Below the pieces are notes generated by a model. It was given only the letters and a program-made list of their open reading frames with translations. It had not been told where the DNA came from and did not search any database. Both the position numbers and the translations under genes were made by a program. A stretch of DNA of 64,000 bases from Candidatus Limnocylindrus sp. (lineage in GTDB: Bacteria; Chloroflexota; Limnocylindria; Limnocylindrales; Limnocylindraceae), in NCBI GenBank assembly GCA_040397175.1, contig JBBAWM010000002.1:1-64000 (forward strand), given 5' to 3'. Below, piece by piece: positions 17,758-27,400 of the stretch. Position 1 is the stretch's first letter. Every line of letters begins with the position of its first letter.

Positions 17758-19931
17758 CCGTCGACCCGGGCGAACTCCCGCTGAAGGGGCTCGCGCTCCC
17801 AGGCGGCTCAAGCCTTCTGCGGGGCCTCGCGAAACTTGACGTCACCACCGTTGCCGATCTGCTGACCTACCTGCCGCGTCGATATGAGGATCGTCGCGAG
17901 ATCACACCGATCGCCGATCTCGTGGGGGGGACGAGTGCAACGATTTCAGCGCGGGTAACCGACCTGCGAGTCGAGAAGACGTGGCGACGTGGTGTACAGC
18001 GGACCATTGCGACCCTCGTCGATGACACTGGGGCGGTGGATGCCATCTGGTATGGGCGACGGTTCATCGAGCGGCGACTCACGGTTGGAACGACCATTGT
18101 TGCCACCGGGCGCGTGAAGGCGATGGGATGGACAAAGCAACTCGAAGCCCCAGAGTTCAGCCCAGTTGGTGGTGGGGACCAGGTCAGTGCCGGTCGCATC
18201 GTGCCCATCTACCGGCTGACCCGCGGAGTGACGGCGCTGAGCCTCCGTCGGGCGGTGCGGACGCTACTTGACCAGTTCGGCGCCGACCTTGTTGATCCGC
18301 TGCCCGATTCGGTGCAGTCGCGAAACGCCCTGATGCCGCTCGCGCAGGCAATTGAGGCGCTGCACTGGCCAGAGGAGTTCGACCTTCGTGATGCGGCCCT
18401 GCGCCGCCTCGCATTTGATGAGCTCCTCGCGGTGCAGATCGCGCTCGTGCATCGCAGCCGGCGGCGTGCCGGTGGCGGCGCATTCACCATCAATCCAACC
18501 AAAGTGGAACGGGGCACGATCGAATCGGCAATCTTGAGCGGACTCGGCGGTGCCTCATCTAAGAGCAAGACCCCGTGGACGGGCGATCAACGGCGGGCGA
18601 TTGACGAGATCCTGGCCGACCTAGCGACGGGGGCGCCGATGCTGCGCCTCTTGCAAGGCGATGTCGGCACCGGCAAGACCGCAGTCGCCTTCGTTGCCGC
18701 TGCCGCGACTGCGGCCGCTGGACACCAGAGCGCTCTCTTGGCGCCAACGGAACTACTGGCGCGTCAACACGCCGCGACAGCGACGCGACTGCTCGCCCCA
18801 CTCGGCATCGAGGTGGCACTGGTCTTGGGCGGTGCGCCTGTCGCGGAGCGCCGCGCGGCACGTACGGCGGCCGCTAGTGGCCGCGCAGCTCTGGTGATCG
18901 GCACCCACGCCCTCTTCGCGGAAGGGACGCAGTTCGCCTCTCTTGGACTGGTGATCGTGGATGAGCAGCACCGTTTCGGCGTGGAGGAGCGGGCGAAGCT
19001 CCTCTCCAAGGCGTCACGTGAGCCACACCTGCTCCTCATGACTGCGACGCCGATCCCGCGCACCATTGCGCAGCTCCTCTACGCCGACGTCGCCTCATCG
19101 GAGTTGCGTGAACTCCCCGCGGGGCGTCAGCCGATCCGCACCGCGATCCGCACGAGTGCCGATCTCGAGCGCGTCTGGGCTTTCGTGGACGAGGAGGCAG
19201 AGGCTGGCCGACAGACCTTCGTGGTTGTCCCGCGCATCGCCGACGCAGAGGCTGGGGGTGAACCGGAGCAGGGGACCACCTTCGATGACGATCTTGACGA
19301 GGGCGGCGCAACGGGGGTTGAGGCCCAGGCGGAGTTGCTGCGTGAGCGCCTCCCGCATCGTCGCATTGGCGTTGTGCATGGGCAGCAGCGTGCCGCAGAG
19401 CGAACCGTTGCCATGCAGGCATTCGTTGCAGGTGAAACGGACGTGCTCGTTGGCACGACGGTCATTGAGGTAGGCGTTGATGTGCCGGCCGCCAGCGTTA
19501 TGGTGATCCTCGAGGCGGAGCGTTTCGGCCTCGCCACCCTGCATCAGCTTCGCGGCCGGGTCGGCCGCGGTGGCGATAAGGGCTGGTGCATCCTGGTGAG
19601 CGACAGTGATGACGAGGTTGCCGCTGCGCGACTACAGGCGATCGAGTCAACCCGAGATGGATTTCTGCTCGCAGAGCAAGACATCGCGCTGCGTGGCGAA
19701 GGGAGTGTTCTTGGCACGTCTCAGAGTGGCCTCCCGCCGTTGCGCATCGCCACGCTGGCACGCGCCGAGGATCGAGCCCTTGCCCTCGCTGCGCGAACCG
19801 AGGCTGAGCGACTGCTTGACCAGCACGGCGATGCGGAGGGCGAGGCGTTGCTTCTCGTGCAAGCGTATGCACGCGGCTGGCCAATTGGACGGGCAACTGG
19901 GGCAGCGCTTGCCGAAAGTGCACCTGTATGA
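17754..19931 (+). CDS. recG: ATP-dependent DNA helicase RecG
   Basis: PRRYEDR, LQGDVGTGKT, DEQHRFG, MTATPIPRT, LHQLRGRVGRG. Confidence 0.96.
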   Translation: MTVDPGELPLKGLALPGGSSLLRGLAKLDVTTVADLLTYLPRRYEDRREITPIADLVGGTSATISARVTDLRVEKTWRRGVQRTIATLVDDTGAVDAIWYGRRFIERRLTVGTTIVATGRVKAMGWTKQLEAPEFSPVGGGDQVSAGRIVPIYRLTRGVTALSLRRAVRTLLDQFGADLVDPLPDSVQSRNALMPLAQAIEALHWPEEFDLRDAALRRLAFDELLAVQIALVHRSRRRAGGGAFTINPTKVERGTIESAILSGLGGASSKSKTPWTGDQRRAIDEILADLATGAPMLRLLQGDVGTGKTAVAFVAAAATAAAGHQSALLAPTELLARQHAATATRLLAPLGIEVALVLGGAPVAERRAARTAAASGRAALVIGTHALFAEGTQFASLGLVIVDEQHRFGVEERAKLLSKASREPHLLLMTATPIPRTIAQLLYADVASSELRELPAGRQPIRTAIRTSADLERVWAFVDEEAEAGRQTFVVVPRIADAEAGGEPEQGTTFDDDLDEGGATGVEAQAELLRERLPHRRIGVVHGQQRAAERTVAMQAFVAGETDVLVGTTVIEVGVDVPAASVMVILEAERFGLATLHQLRGRVGRGGDKGWCILVSDSDDEVAAARLQAIESTRDGFLLAEQDIALRGEGSVLGTSQSGLPPLRIATLARAEDRALALAARTEAERLLDQHGDAEGEALLLVQAYARGWPIGRATGAALAESAPV

Positions 19932-20509
19932 CATCCCTGGGGGGAACGCTCCGCATCATTGCGGGCGACCATCGTGGTCGACGGATTGCGGTGCCCCAAG
20001 CCGGTACTCGTCCGATGACTGACCGGGTACGCGAGTCACTCTTTGCGGTGCTCGAGCCCCGAATCGTTGGGGCGAGGTTCGCCGATCTCTGCGCGGGGAG
20101 TGGTGCCGTTGGCATTGAGGCGCTGAGCCGCGGCGCGGCGCACGCGCTGCTTGTTGAGCGCTCGCGTGACGCAGTCGCCATTATCCAGGCGAACCTGACG
20201 ACGCTGAAGCTGAACGATCGAGCGACGCTCCAGGGTGCCGATGTGTTGGTCGCCCTCAAAGCGCCAGGGGCCCCATTTGATCTGATCGTTGCGGACCCCC
20301 CTTACGACGACGCCGCGCTGGCGGACGGGATCCTGGCGATCTGCGCCGCCCCTGGCGGCCCGCTCGCCGACGAGGGGCTCCTTGCGCTCACGGGGCGCTC
20401 GCGGACGAGCGATCTACCCCGCGCGCTCCCTGAGGGACTACGATGTGTGCGAACGATGATCTACGGCGACAGTTGCGTCGATCTGCTGGAACGCATCAGC
20501 ACAACGTGA
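19928..20509 (+). CDS. rsmD: 16S rRNA m2G966 methyltransferase
   Basis: RIIAGDHRGRR, TRPMTDRVRESLF, DLCAGSGAVGIEALSRGA, DPPY. Confidence 0.93.
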   Translation: MTSLGGTLRIIAGDHRGRRIAVPQAGTRPMTDRVRESLFAVLEPRIVGARFADLCAGSGAVGIEALSRGAAHALLVERSRDAVAIIQANLTTLKLNDRATLQGADVLVALKAPGAPFDLIVADPPYDDAALADGILAICAAPGGPLADEGLLALTGRSRTSDLPRALPEGLRCVRTMIYGDSCVDLLERISTT

Positions 20510-20522
20510 TCGGAGGCTGGCA

Positions 20523-21038
20523 ATGGGTGAACGAGTAGCGCTCTACCCGGGAAGTTTCGATCCCGTGACGTTTGGCCACATCGACCTGATCCGTCGAAGC
20601 TTGGCGATCGCCGATCGTCTCGTTGTTGCGATCCTGCCGAACTCCGACAAGGAGGCGCTGCTCACCCTTGAGGAGCGAAGCGCCCTCCTGCGGAGCGTCA
20701 TCGACGCAGAGCTTGGGGCGGCGAGCGCTCGAGTGCAGATCCTCTCCGCATCGAACCTTGCCGTTCGCGTTGCTGCAGAGGCGGGGGCGACCCTGATTAT
20801 TCGAGGCCTTCGTGCCGGCTCCGACTTTGAGGCCGAACTGCGCATGGCGCATGCCAATCGCCTGCTCGCCCCAGAGATTGAGACCACTTTCTTGATGACG
20901 GCGCCGGAACACGCATCGACCTCGAGCCGGCTCGTTCGCGAGGTTGCGCGGTATGGCGGACCACTTGATCGTTTGGTGCCAGCCGCCGTGGTCCCCGTTC
21001 TCACCGCCGCCGCACGACGACGAGCGTCCAAGGCGTAG
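20523..21038 (+). CDS. coaD: phosphopantetheine adenylyltransferase
   Basis: YPGSFDPVTFGH, IRGLR..DFEAE, SSRLVRE. Confidence 0.95.
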   Translation: MGERVALYPGSFDPVTFGHIDLIRRSLAIADRLVVAILPNSDKEALLTLEERSALLRSVIDAELGAASARVQILSASNLAVRVAAEAGATLIIRGLRAGSDFEAELRMAHANRLLAPEIETTFLMTAPEHASTSSRLVREVARYGGPLDRLVPAAVVPVLTAAARRRASKA

Positions 21039-21041
21039 CTC

Positions 21042-21581
21042 GTGGAAAACGAATCGGCGGCGTTGGTGCCGCCCCTCTATCCCGTTGACCTCTCGCCACT
21101 TCTCGCCGAATCGTCGGGGGGGACCTTCACCCTCGAGCCATTTACGGTCGAAGACCAGCTCGGTGATGAGCACTTCAAGGCTCTCGTCCAGGTTCGAATC
21201 GACCGAACGAATCGCGGCGTGCGCATTGTTGGAATCGTGCGGGGCACGCAGGAGGGAGCCTGCGGGCGTTGTCTCGCTCCGGCCACCGCGCAGCTGAGCG
21301 CCCCAATCGACGAGGAGGCAGTTGAGCCCCGCCACGCAACGGAGGGGGCACTCCTCATTGGCAAGGGAAACAGCGTGGACGTTGGTCGCATCGCCATGGA
21401 GGCGCTCGATCTCACCCGTCGCCTGGTACTGCTCTGCACGCCGCCCTGCCCTGAACGCTGCGGCCTCTGCGGTGCGGAGCACCCGGCCAGCGCCTGTCCC
21501 GAGCGGGGGCTCGACCCTCGTTTGGCTGGCTTAGCCGCCCTCCTCCCCCCTGAAGGGGACGAAGGGGCGCCGATCGGGTAG
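21042..21581 (+). CDS. yceD: YceD/DUF177 family protein
   Basis: CGRCL, LCxxxC..CGLCG, DPRLAGL; upstream of rpmF. Confidence 0.82.
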   Translation: MENESAALVPPLYPVDLSPLLAESSGGTFTLEPFTVEDQLGDEHFKALVQVRIDRTNRGVRIVGIVRGTQEGACGRCLAPATAQLSAPIDEEAVEPRHATEGALLIGKGNSVDVGRIAMEALDLTRRLVLLCTPPCPERCGLCGAEHPASACPERGLDPRLAGLAALLPPEGDEGAPIG

Positions 21582-21584
21582 GAT
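21579..21584 (+). promoter_or_regulatory. -10 element for rpmF-plsX
   Basis: TAGGAT about 50 nt upstream of the rpmF ATG; same hexamer as at rpsP and rpsB. Confidence 0.45.
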
Positions 21585-21634
21585 TCCCCTCCAAGGCGCG
21601 CCCAGTCGGGCGCCAACGAGCGAGGTCAAAAAAC

Positions 21635-21838
21635 ATGGGCGTACCGAAGCGGAAGAAGTCCCACGCACGTCAGGGTGACCGACGTTCGCACCATGCCTTG
21701 ACGCTTCCATCCATGGATCGCTGCCCACAGTGCAACGCCGTCAAGCGTGCGCACCATGCCTGCCTCGAGTGCGGAACCTATCGCGGCCGCGAGGTCATCC
21801 GCCGACCTGCGCCGGACGCGGACGTCGCCGACGCCTAA
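21635..21838 (+). CDS. rpmF: 50S ribosomal protein L32 (Zn form)
   Basis: MGVPKRKKSHARQGDRRSH, CPQC..HHACLECGTYRGR. Confidence 0.96.
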   Translation: MGVPKRKKSHARQGDRRSHHALTLPSMDRCPQCNAVKRAHHACLECGTYRGREVIRRPAPDADVADA

Positions 21839-21844
21839 CTCGCA

Positions 21845-22891
21845 ATGAGCGCGTCGGGCGGCACTGTCCGCCTCGCCCTCGATGCGATGGGTGGTGACCA
21901 CGGTCCCACCGAAGTTGTTCCTGGCGGTTTGCGCTGGGCCAAGGAGAATCCTCGCGACCACCTCGCCCTTGTCGGTGACGAGCAGGTCATTCGCACCATT
22001 GCTGGTGGTGAACTCCCCGCCAACGTCTCCATCGTTCATGGCCCAGGCGTGATTAGCATGGAAGAGAATCCCGCGAATGCCGTGCGCGAGCGGAAGGACG
22101 CATCGATGGTTGTTGCGGCAACTCTTGTCCGCGACAAGCTCGCCGATGCAGTCGTCACCGCGGGCCACACCGGCGCTGGCATGGCTGCAGGCGTGTTGAT
22201 CATCGGCCGCATCAAGGGCGTGATCCGACCGGCGATCGCCGTGCAGTTCCTCCTGCGCGAGAAGCCGCTGCTCCTGCTCGACGTTGGAGCGAACCCAGAT
22301 TCAACCCCCGAAAACCTCTATCAGTACGCCCACATGGGCCAGATCTTCTCGGAGCGGGTCCTTGGTGTGGTCAATCCGCGCGTGGCGCTCCTCTCCATCG
22401 GTGAAGAGAAAGGAAAGGGCGATGTGCGCATCCAACGTGCCACCGAGCTCCTTGATCAGTCGAAGCTGAACTTCACGGGGAATGTTGAGGGTCGGCACCT
22501 CGCCGCCGACGAGGCCGATGTGGTGGTCTGCGATGCGGTGCTCGGCAACGTTGCGATCAAGCTTGTTGAAGGGGTAACGACCACTATTACCGATATGTTC
22601 CGAGCAGAGTTCCGTCGCCTCCCATTCGGACCCATCGCCGCACTCCTGATGCGTGGCTCCATTGCGCGCATTCGCACCCAGCTCGACTATGAGCGAGTTG
22701 GTGCGGCAATCCTCCTAGGAGTGCAGGGGACCGTGGCGATCACGCACGGTCGCGCGCGTTCGCGCATGGTCTACTTCGCCTGCGCAACGGCGGCACGTGC
22801 CGTGCGCGAGCGCGTCACCGAGCAGATCGCTTCGTCGATCGCGGAGAACACGATTGCCGCCCCCGACGGTCTCCCTGTCGGACCGGCGTAA
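21845..22891 (+). CDS. plsX: phosphate acyltransferase PlsX
   Basis: ALDAMGGDHGP, GRIKGVIRPA, LDVGAN, IGEEKGKG, GNVEG. Confidence 0.95.
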   Translation: MSASGGTVRLALDAMGGDHGPTEVVPGGLRWAKENPRDHLALVGDEQVIRTIAGGELPANVSIVHGPGVISMEENPANAVRERKDASMVVAATLVRDKLADAVVTAGHTGAGMAAGVLIIGRIKGVIRPAIAVQFLLREKPLLLLDVGANPDSTPENLYQYAHMGQIFSERVLGVVNPRVALLSIGEEKGKGDVRIQRATELLDQSKLNFTGNVEGRHLAADEADVVVCDAVLGNVAIKLVEGVTTTITDMFRAEFRRLPFGPIAALLMRGSIARIRTQLDYERVGAAILLGVQGTVAITHGRARSRMVYFACATAARAVRERVTEQIASSIAENTIAAPDGLPVGPA

Positions 22892-22892
22892 G

Positions 22893-23372
22893 GTGGCAAC
22901 GAGGCGAGCTCCGGCCGCGCCGAAGGATGCGGCGGCGCGTGCCCATACGGCGGGTCGACGCGATGCGCTCACCGCCCTCTATGAGTCGGACTTCGGGATG
23001 CGTACGGCGTTGGCGGTTCTGGAGCGTCGCGTCACGGCGGGGGAGATGGCCGAGGAGACGCTCGTCTGGTCTCGACCACTGCTCGAGGTTGTGGAGGCGC
23101 ATCGGCCGCAGATTGACGCGGCAATTGAGCGTCTCGCCGCCGCCTTCCCGCTTGCCACCATGGCCCGAATTGACCGTTCTCTCCTGCGGTGCGGCCTAGG
23201 GGAGGTGATACACTCCCGCACGGCGGCGCCGACCGAGGCGATCGCTGCGTGGACCGCACTCGCTCGCACGTATAGCGGCGAACCGGCCCGCAAACTGGTC
23301 AACGGCGTACTCGGCACCGCGCTTCGCGAGGTTGCCGCCACGGCGGAGAGAGACGGAGGGAGTAACTCATGA
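22893..23372 (+). CDS. nusB: transcription antitermination factor NusB
   Basis: [31 protein letters not shown]; start revised to GTG 22893. Confidence 0.85.
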   Translation: MATRRAPAAPKDAAARAHTAGRRDALTALYESDFGMRTALAVLERRVTAGEMAEETLVWSRPLLEVVEAHRPQIDAAIERLAAAFPLATMARIDRSLLRCGLGEVIHSRTAAPTEAIAAWTALARTYSGEPARKLVNGVLGTALREVAATAERDGGSNS

Positions 23373-23617
23373 GCGACAAGGATCAGGCAATCTTCCAGGA
23401 GCTCCAGAGCTACATCGTTGAGCAGCTCGGTGTTGAGAAGGAGAAGGTGAAGCCAGAGGCCGCCTTCATCGAAGACCTCAATGCAGACTCCCTTGACCTT
23501 GTTGAGTTTGCGATGGGCCTCGAGGAGAAGTTCGGCGTGACTATTGCGGACGAAGAGCTCGGCAAGATCAAGACGGTCCAGGACGCCGTCGACGCCATCG
23601 TCGAGAAGAAGGGCTGA
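23369..23617 (+). CDS. acpP: acyl carrier protein
   Basis: [25 protein letters not shown]; SD GGAGG. Confidence 0.96.
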   Translation: MSDKDQAIFQELQSYIVEQLGVEKEKVKPEAAFIEDLNADSLDLVEFAMGLEEKFGVTIADEELGKIKTVQDAVDAIVEKKG

Positions 23618-23618
23618 G

Positions 23619-23702
23619 ATGGGGCGGCCCCTTGGCCGCCAGCGTGAGGCGCGAGCCACGCGCGGTGTAGCCAGTAGGGCGTGCCACCACTCACCACGAT
23701 GA
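23619..23702 (+). CDS. 27-aa micro-ORF bridging acpP and rnc
   Basis: ATG 1 nt after the acpP stop; open for 27 codons; stop overlaps the in-frame rnc ATG 23699 as ATGA. Confidence 0.4.
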   Translation: MGRPLGRQREARATRGVASRACHHSPR

Positions 23703-24418
23703 CGCTCGTAGTGGCGCCACTGTCGATGACCCCAGCACAACGTGAACGCCTTGGAATCCCGGCGGGAGGGGAGGCGCTCATAGAGCTGGCCCTCACGCAT
23801 CCGTCGCGCCGCCACCAGGGTGGGGCTGGTGCCGACAATGAGCGCCTCGAGTTCCTTGGTGATGCCATCCTCGGCGCCGTCGTTGCCGCACGACTTTACG
23901 CCGATGACAGTGGAGCCGAGGAGGGAGACCTGTCTGAGCGCCGTGCCGCCGTAGTCTCACGTACCGCACTTGCAGAGGTTGCCCTGCGTATCGGCATCGA
24001 CGAAGTGCTGCTGCTCGGCGAGGGTGAGGCAGCGCGCGGCGGTGCGCGTCGACCAGCGGCGCTCGCAGCGGCATTTGAGGCACTCATCGGCGCGATCTAT
24101 CTTGGCCATGGCATCCCCGCGGCCACCACATTCATCGAACGGCACATGAGCGCTGAGCTCGCCGCACCGCGCGCCGCGCTCGGCAAGGGGATCAAGACCC
24201 TGCTGCAGGAGTGGACGCAGGCACGCAACGGCTCACTTCCGCGATACGACGTTGTTGCAACCACTGGCCCCGAGCACGACCGCACCTTTGAGTGCGTCGT
24301 TCGCGTTGACGGCAGTGAGGTGGCGCGCGGATCAGGGCCAAGTCGCCGTGCCGCCGAAGCCGCCGCCGCTGAGGCTGCCATCGACCTGCTCGGCATCACG
24401 GCAGGAGGGGAACAGTGA
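23699..24418 (+). CDS. rnc: ribonuclease III
   Basis: ALTHPS, NERLEFLGDAIL, FEALIGAIYL, dsRBD (KTLLQEW, GPEHDRTF); start 23681, 23699 or 23726. Confidence 0.95.
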   Translation: MTLVVAPLSMTPAQRERLGIPAGGEALIELALTHPSRRHQGGAGADNERLEFLGDAILGAVVAARLYADDSGAEEGDLSERRAAVVSRTALAEVALRIGIDEVLLLGEGEAARGGARRPAALAAAFEALIGAIYLGHGIPAATTFIERHMSAELAAPRAALGKGIKTLLQEWTQARNGSLPRYDVVATTGPEHDRTFECVVRVDGSEVARGSGPSRRAAEAAAAEAAIDLLGITAGGEQ

Positions 24419-27400
24419 GCCGATTGCGACTCCGCGAGGTGCGACTGAGCGGCTTCAAGACCTTCGCCGATAAGACGACCATCGCCTTCACCCCGGGGAT
24501 CACCGCCATCGTGGGACCGAACGGCAGCGGCAAGTCGAACGTGGTGGACGCCTTGCGCTGGGCGCTCGGTGAGGCCGGTCGTGGAATTCGTTCAAAGCGC
24601 GTCGAAGAGGTGATCTTCGCCGGCTCAGAGAAGCGCCGCCCCCTCGGCCTCGCCGAGGTATCGCTCTCGATCGCCAATGACGATGGACTCTTCGATCTCC
24701 CATTCACCGAGATCGAGATCGCCAGACGTGCCGATCGCGGCGGCGGCCAGGAGTACCTGCTCAATCGCGAAAAGATCCGCCTCCGTGACCTTAACGAACT
24801 CCTCGATGGTGCGGGCCTCGCCGAGAACGGACTCCTCTTCATCGGTCAGGGTGCCGTTGACCAGGCGTTGAGCCTCAAGGCGGAGGAGCGTCGCGCGCTG
24901 GTTGAAGAGTTCGCCGGCACCGCACGCCATGAGCGACGCCGCGCACGAGCTGAAACCGAGATGAAAGAGGCGATCGATAATCGTGCTCGTGTCGAAGAGA
25001 TCCTCGGCACCCTCCGCCCACAAGAGCGCCGCCTCGCGACACTCGCGAAGCAGGAGGCGGGTCGCGAGGAGCTGTTGACTGAAGCGGTAGAGCGAATCGC
25101 TGCGCTGGGTGCTGCACGCGGCGCTTGGATCGCCTCGCGACGAGTACGCATCGGCGGCCAGCTCTCAACGGTGACAAGTGAGCTGCAGTCCATTCGCGAA
25201 CAGCTGCGCAACGCCGACGAAGAGGCCCACCGTCGCCGCGAGCGCCTGGGGCTCGCCCGAACCGATCTTGACGTGGCCCGCCGTGCCCTCGAGGCGGCAC
25301 GCGAGGCTCGTGAATCTGCTGAGCGTGCCCATGCGCGCGTTGAGGCCGAATCGACCGCCCTGTCGCGTGATGTGGAGCGCATTGCGTCCGAGGTTGCCGT
25401 CGCTGAGTCGGAGATCGCATCAGTTGAGGCGTTGCGCGCCGCTGCGGCACCCGCCGTTGATGCCGAAGCGGTCGCCGCGCTCGAGATCCTTGATGCCGAC
25501 CTCTCTGCTGCACGCCGCGAGCTTGAGGCGCTCACCGACGGCAGCGGGGCAAGTGGGAGCGATTCAGCGGTGCGCGCCCAGCGTTCCCGCGAAGTAGAGC
25601 GCGCCGATCTCACCGCCCGCCTTGAGCGACTTCAAGCGGAGCGCACCGCCGTTACCGCAGATGGCGCCAGTGAAGATCCATCGGCGGCCGAGAGCGTCCT
25701 TATTCTCGCTGCGACCGCCGCTAGCGATGCCGCCGCCCGTCTCGCCGCTGCGTCCCGTGAACTTGCCGAAGCAGAGTCAGGCGCCGCCGCCGCCCGTGCA
25801 ACTGTTGGCGAGAGCGAACGTGCCGCTCGCGCCGCAGAGGCGGAGGCAGCCTCACTCTCGGGCCGACTCACCGCGCTTGAAGCGCGTCGAACAGCCTTAC
25901 AGGAGCGCGCACTCTCAAAGGCGGCGCACGCCATCGGTGGCCGAAGTCTGTTGTCCGGTGTAGAGCTACGGGAAGAGGGCCGCACAGCAGTTCTCGCCGC
26001 CCTTGGCGCGTTGGCGCGAGGCTTCGTTGTTGATCAGCGCGGAGCAAGCCTGCTAGATGATGAGCAGGGGGCACTCGTTATTGACGGCGCCGATGTGATT
26101 GGCACCATCACGCACCCAACGCTCTCATCGCTCAGCAGCGAGATCGTGAGCGATTCGGATGGACTGCTCGGACGCCTCCTCGCAAGCGTTTTCGTTGCCC
26201 CGAGCGTTGCTGCTGCCTTGAGCGCCCTCGCCGACTTGCCACGTGGCGGCACGATCGTCACGCGCGCTGGCGCTGTTGTGCGCCACGGAGGTGTCGTCAT
26301 CCGCGAGACCGAGCCAGAGGATGCCCTTGTCGACTCAGAGATCAGCCGCGCTGCAGCCGCAACGGAGCGGCTCCGCGTGGTGGCGGCCACGCTGCGCAGC
26401 GAAGCGATCGTGGCGGCGGGCACTCTCACCTCTGCTGAGTCGAGGCTCACGCAGGGGCGTGACGCCGAAGTCAGCACTCGCGCCGCGCTTCGGGCCGCTG
26501 AATCGGCGCGTGCCGAGGCGGAGCGACGTCGTGACGCGGTGCGCCGGAGCACGTCGGAGCGCGCGGAGCGCATCTCTCGCCTTGACTCGGCCGTCACCGC
26601 AGCCCAGGCCAGACTGAACGAGATCGCTCTCATCCCCGAACAGGCAGTTGCCACCGATGCCGCGACCCAGTGGCGAACCCGCGTTGAAGAGTTGACCGCC
26701 CGCCGTGCCGATCTCGCCACTGCCGTCGAGACAGACCGAGCGGCACTGCGCACCTGGGAGCTGGCGCGCGCACGTGGCGATGCCACCGTTGCTGGCGCAT
26801 CTGCGCGGATCACCCGTGCGGCTCAAGAGCGTGGAGCACTCGAAACGCGCGTCGCCAACCTTCGCGCCCAGCTCGCCGAACAGTCCGGCCTCGCCACTGC
26901 GGCCCGCGCCGCTGCCACGCAGCGGGAAGAGAGCGTGCAGGCGAAGGCGGCCCTCCAGGTTGAGATTGAGAGCGAGATCGCGACAGACGAAGAGGCGAAG
27001 CGTGGCCTCCGCTCCCGTGAGCAGCATCTCGATGAGGCCCTGCGCCCGCTCGAGCGCGATGCGCAGGCGGTTGAGTTTGAGCGCGAGCGGTTCATTGAAG
27101 AGTTAAGTGGTGACCTTGCCGCATTCGGTCGCCGCCTCTCTGAAGACGCTCGATTGGCCGCAGGAATCCCAGCCGTACTCCGCACCAGTACACCAGCCGA
27201 TGACGCTGAGGTTCCCGCCGAGGGTGACACCGCTGCGCGTGAAGGGCTCGCACGCCAACAGGCGGCAGCGCTTGCCGTCTACTGGGAGGGGCAACGCGCC
27301 GCAACCGAAGGGACACCACTCGTTGCGCCAGACCCTGAAGAGTTGCGCGCCCTGGAGCGCCTGCGACGCAAGATTGGCCCACTTGAAGCTGGTGGCGCCA

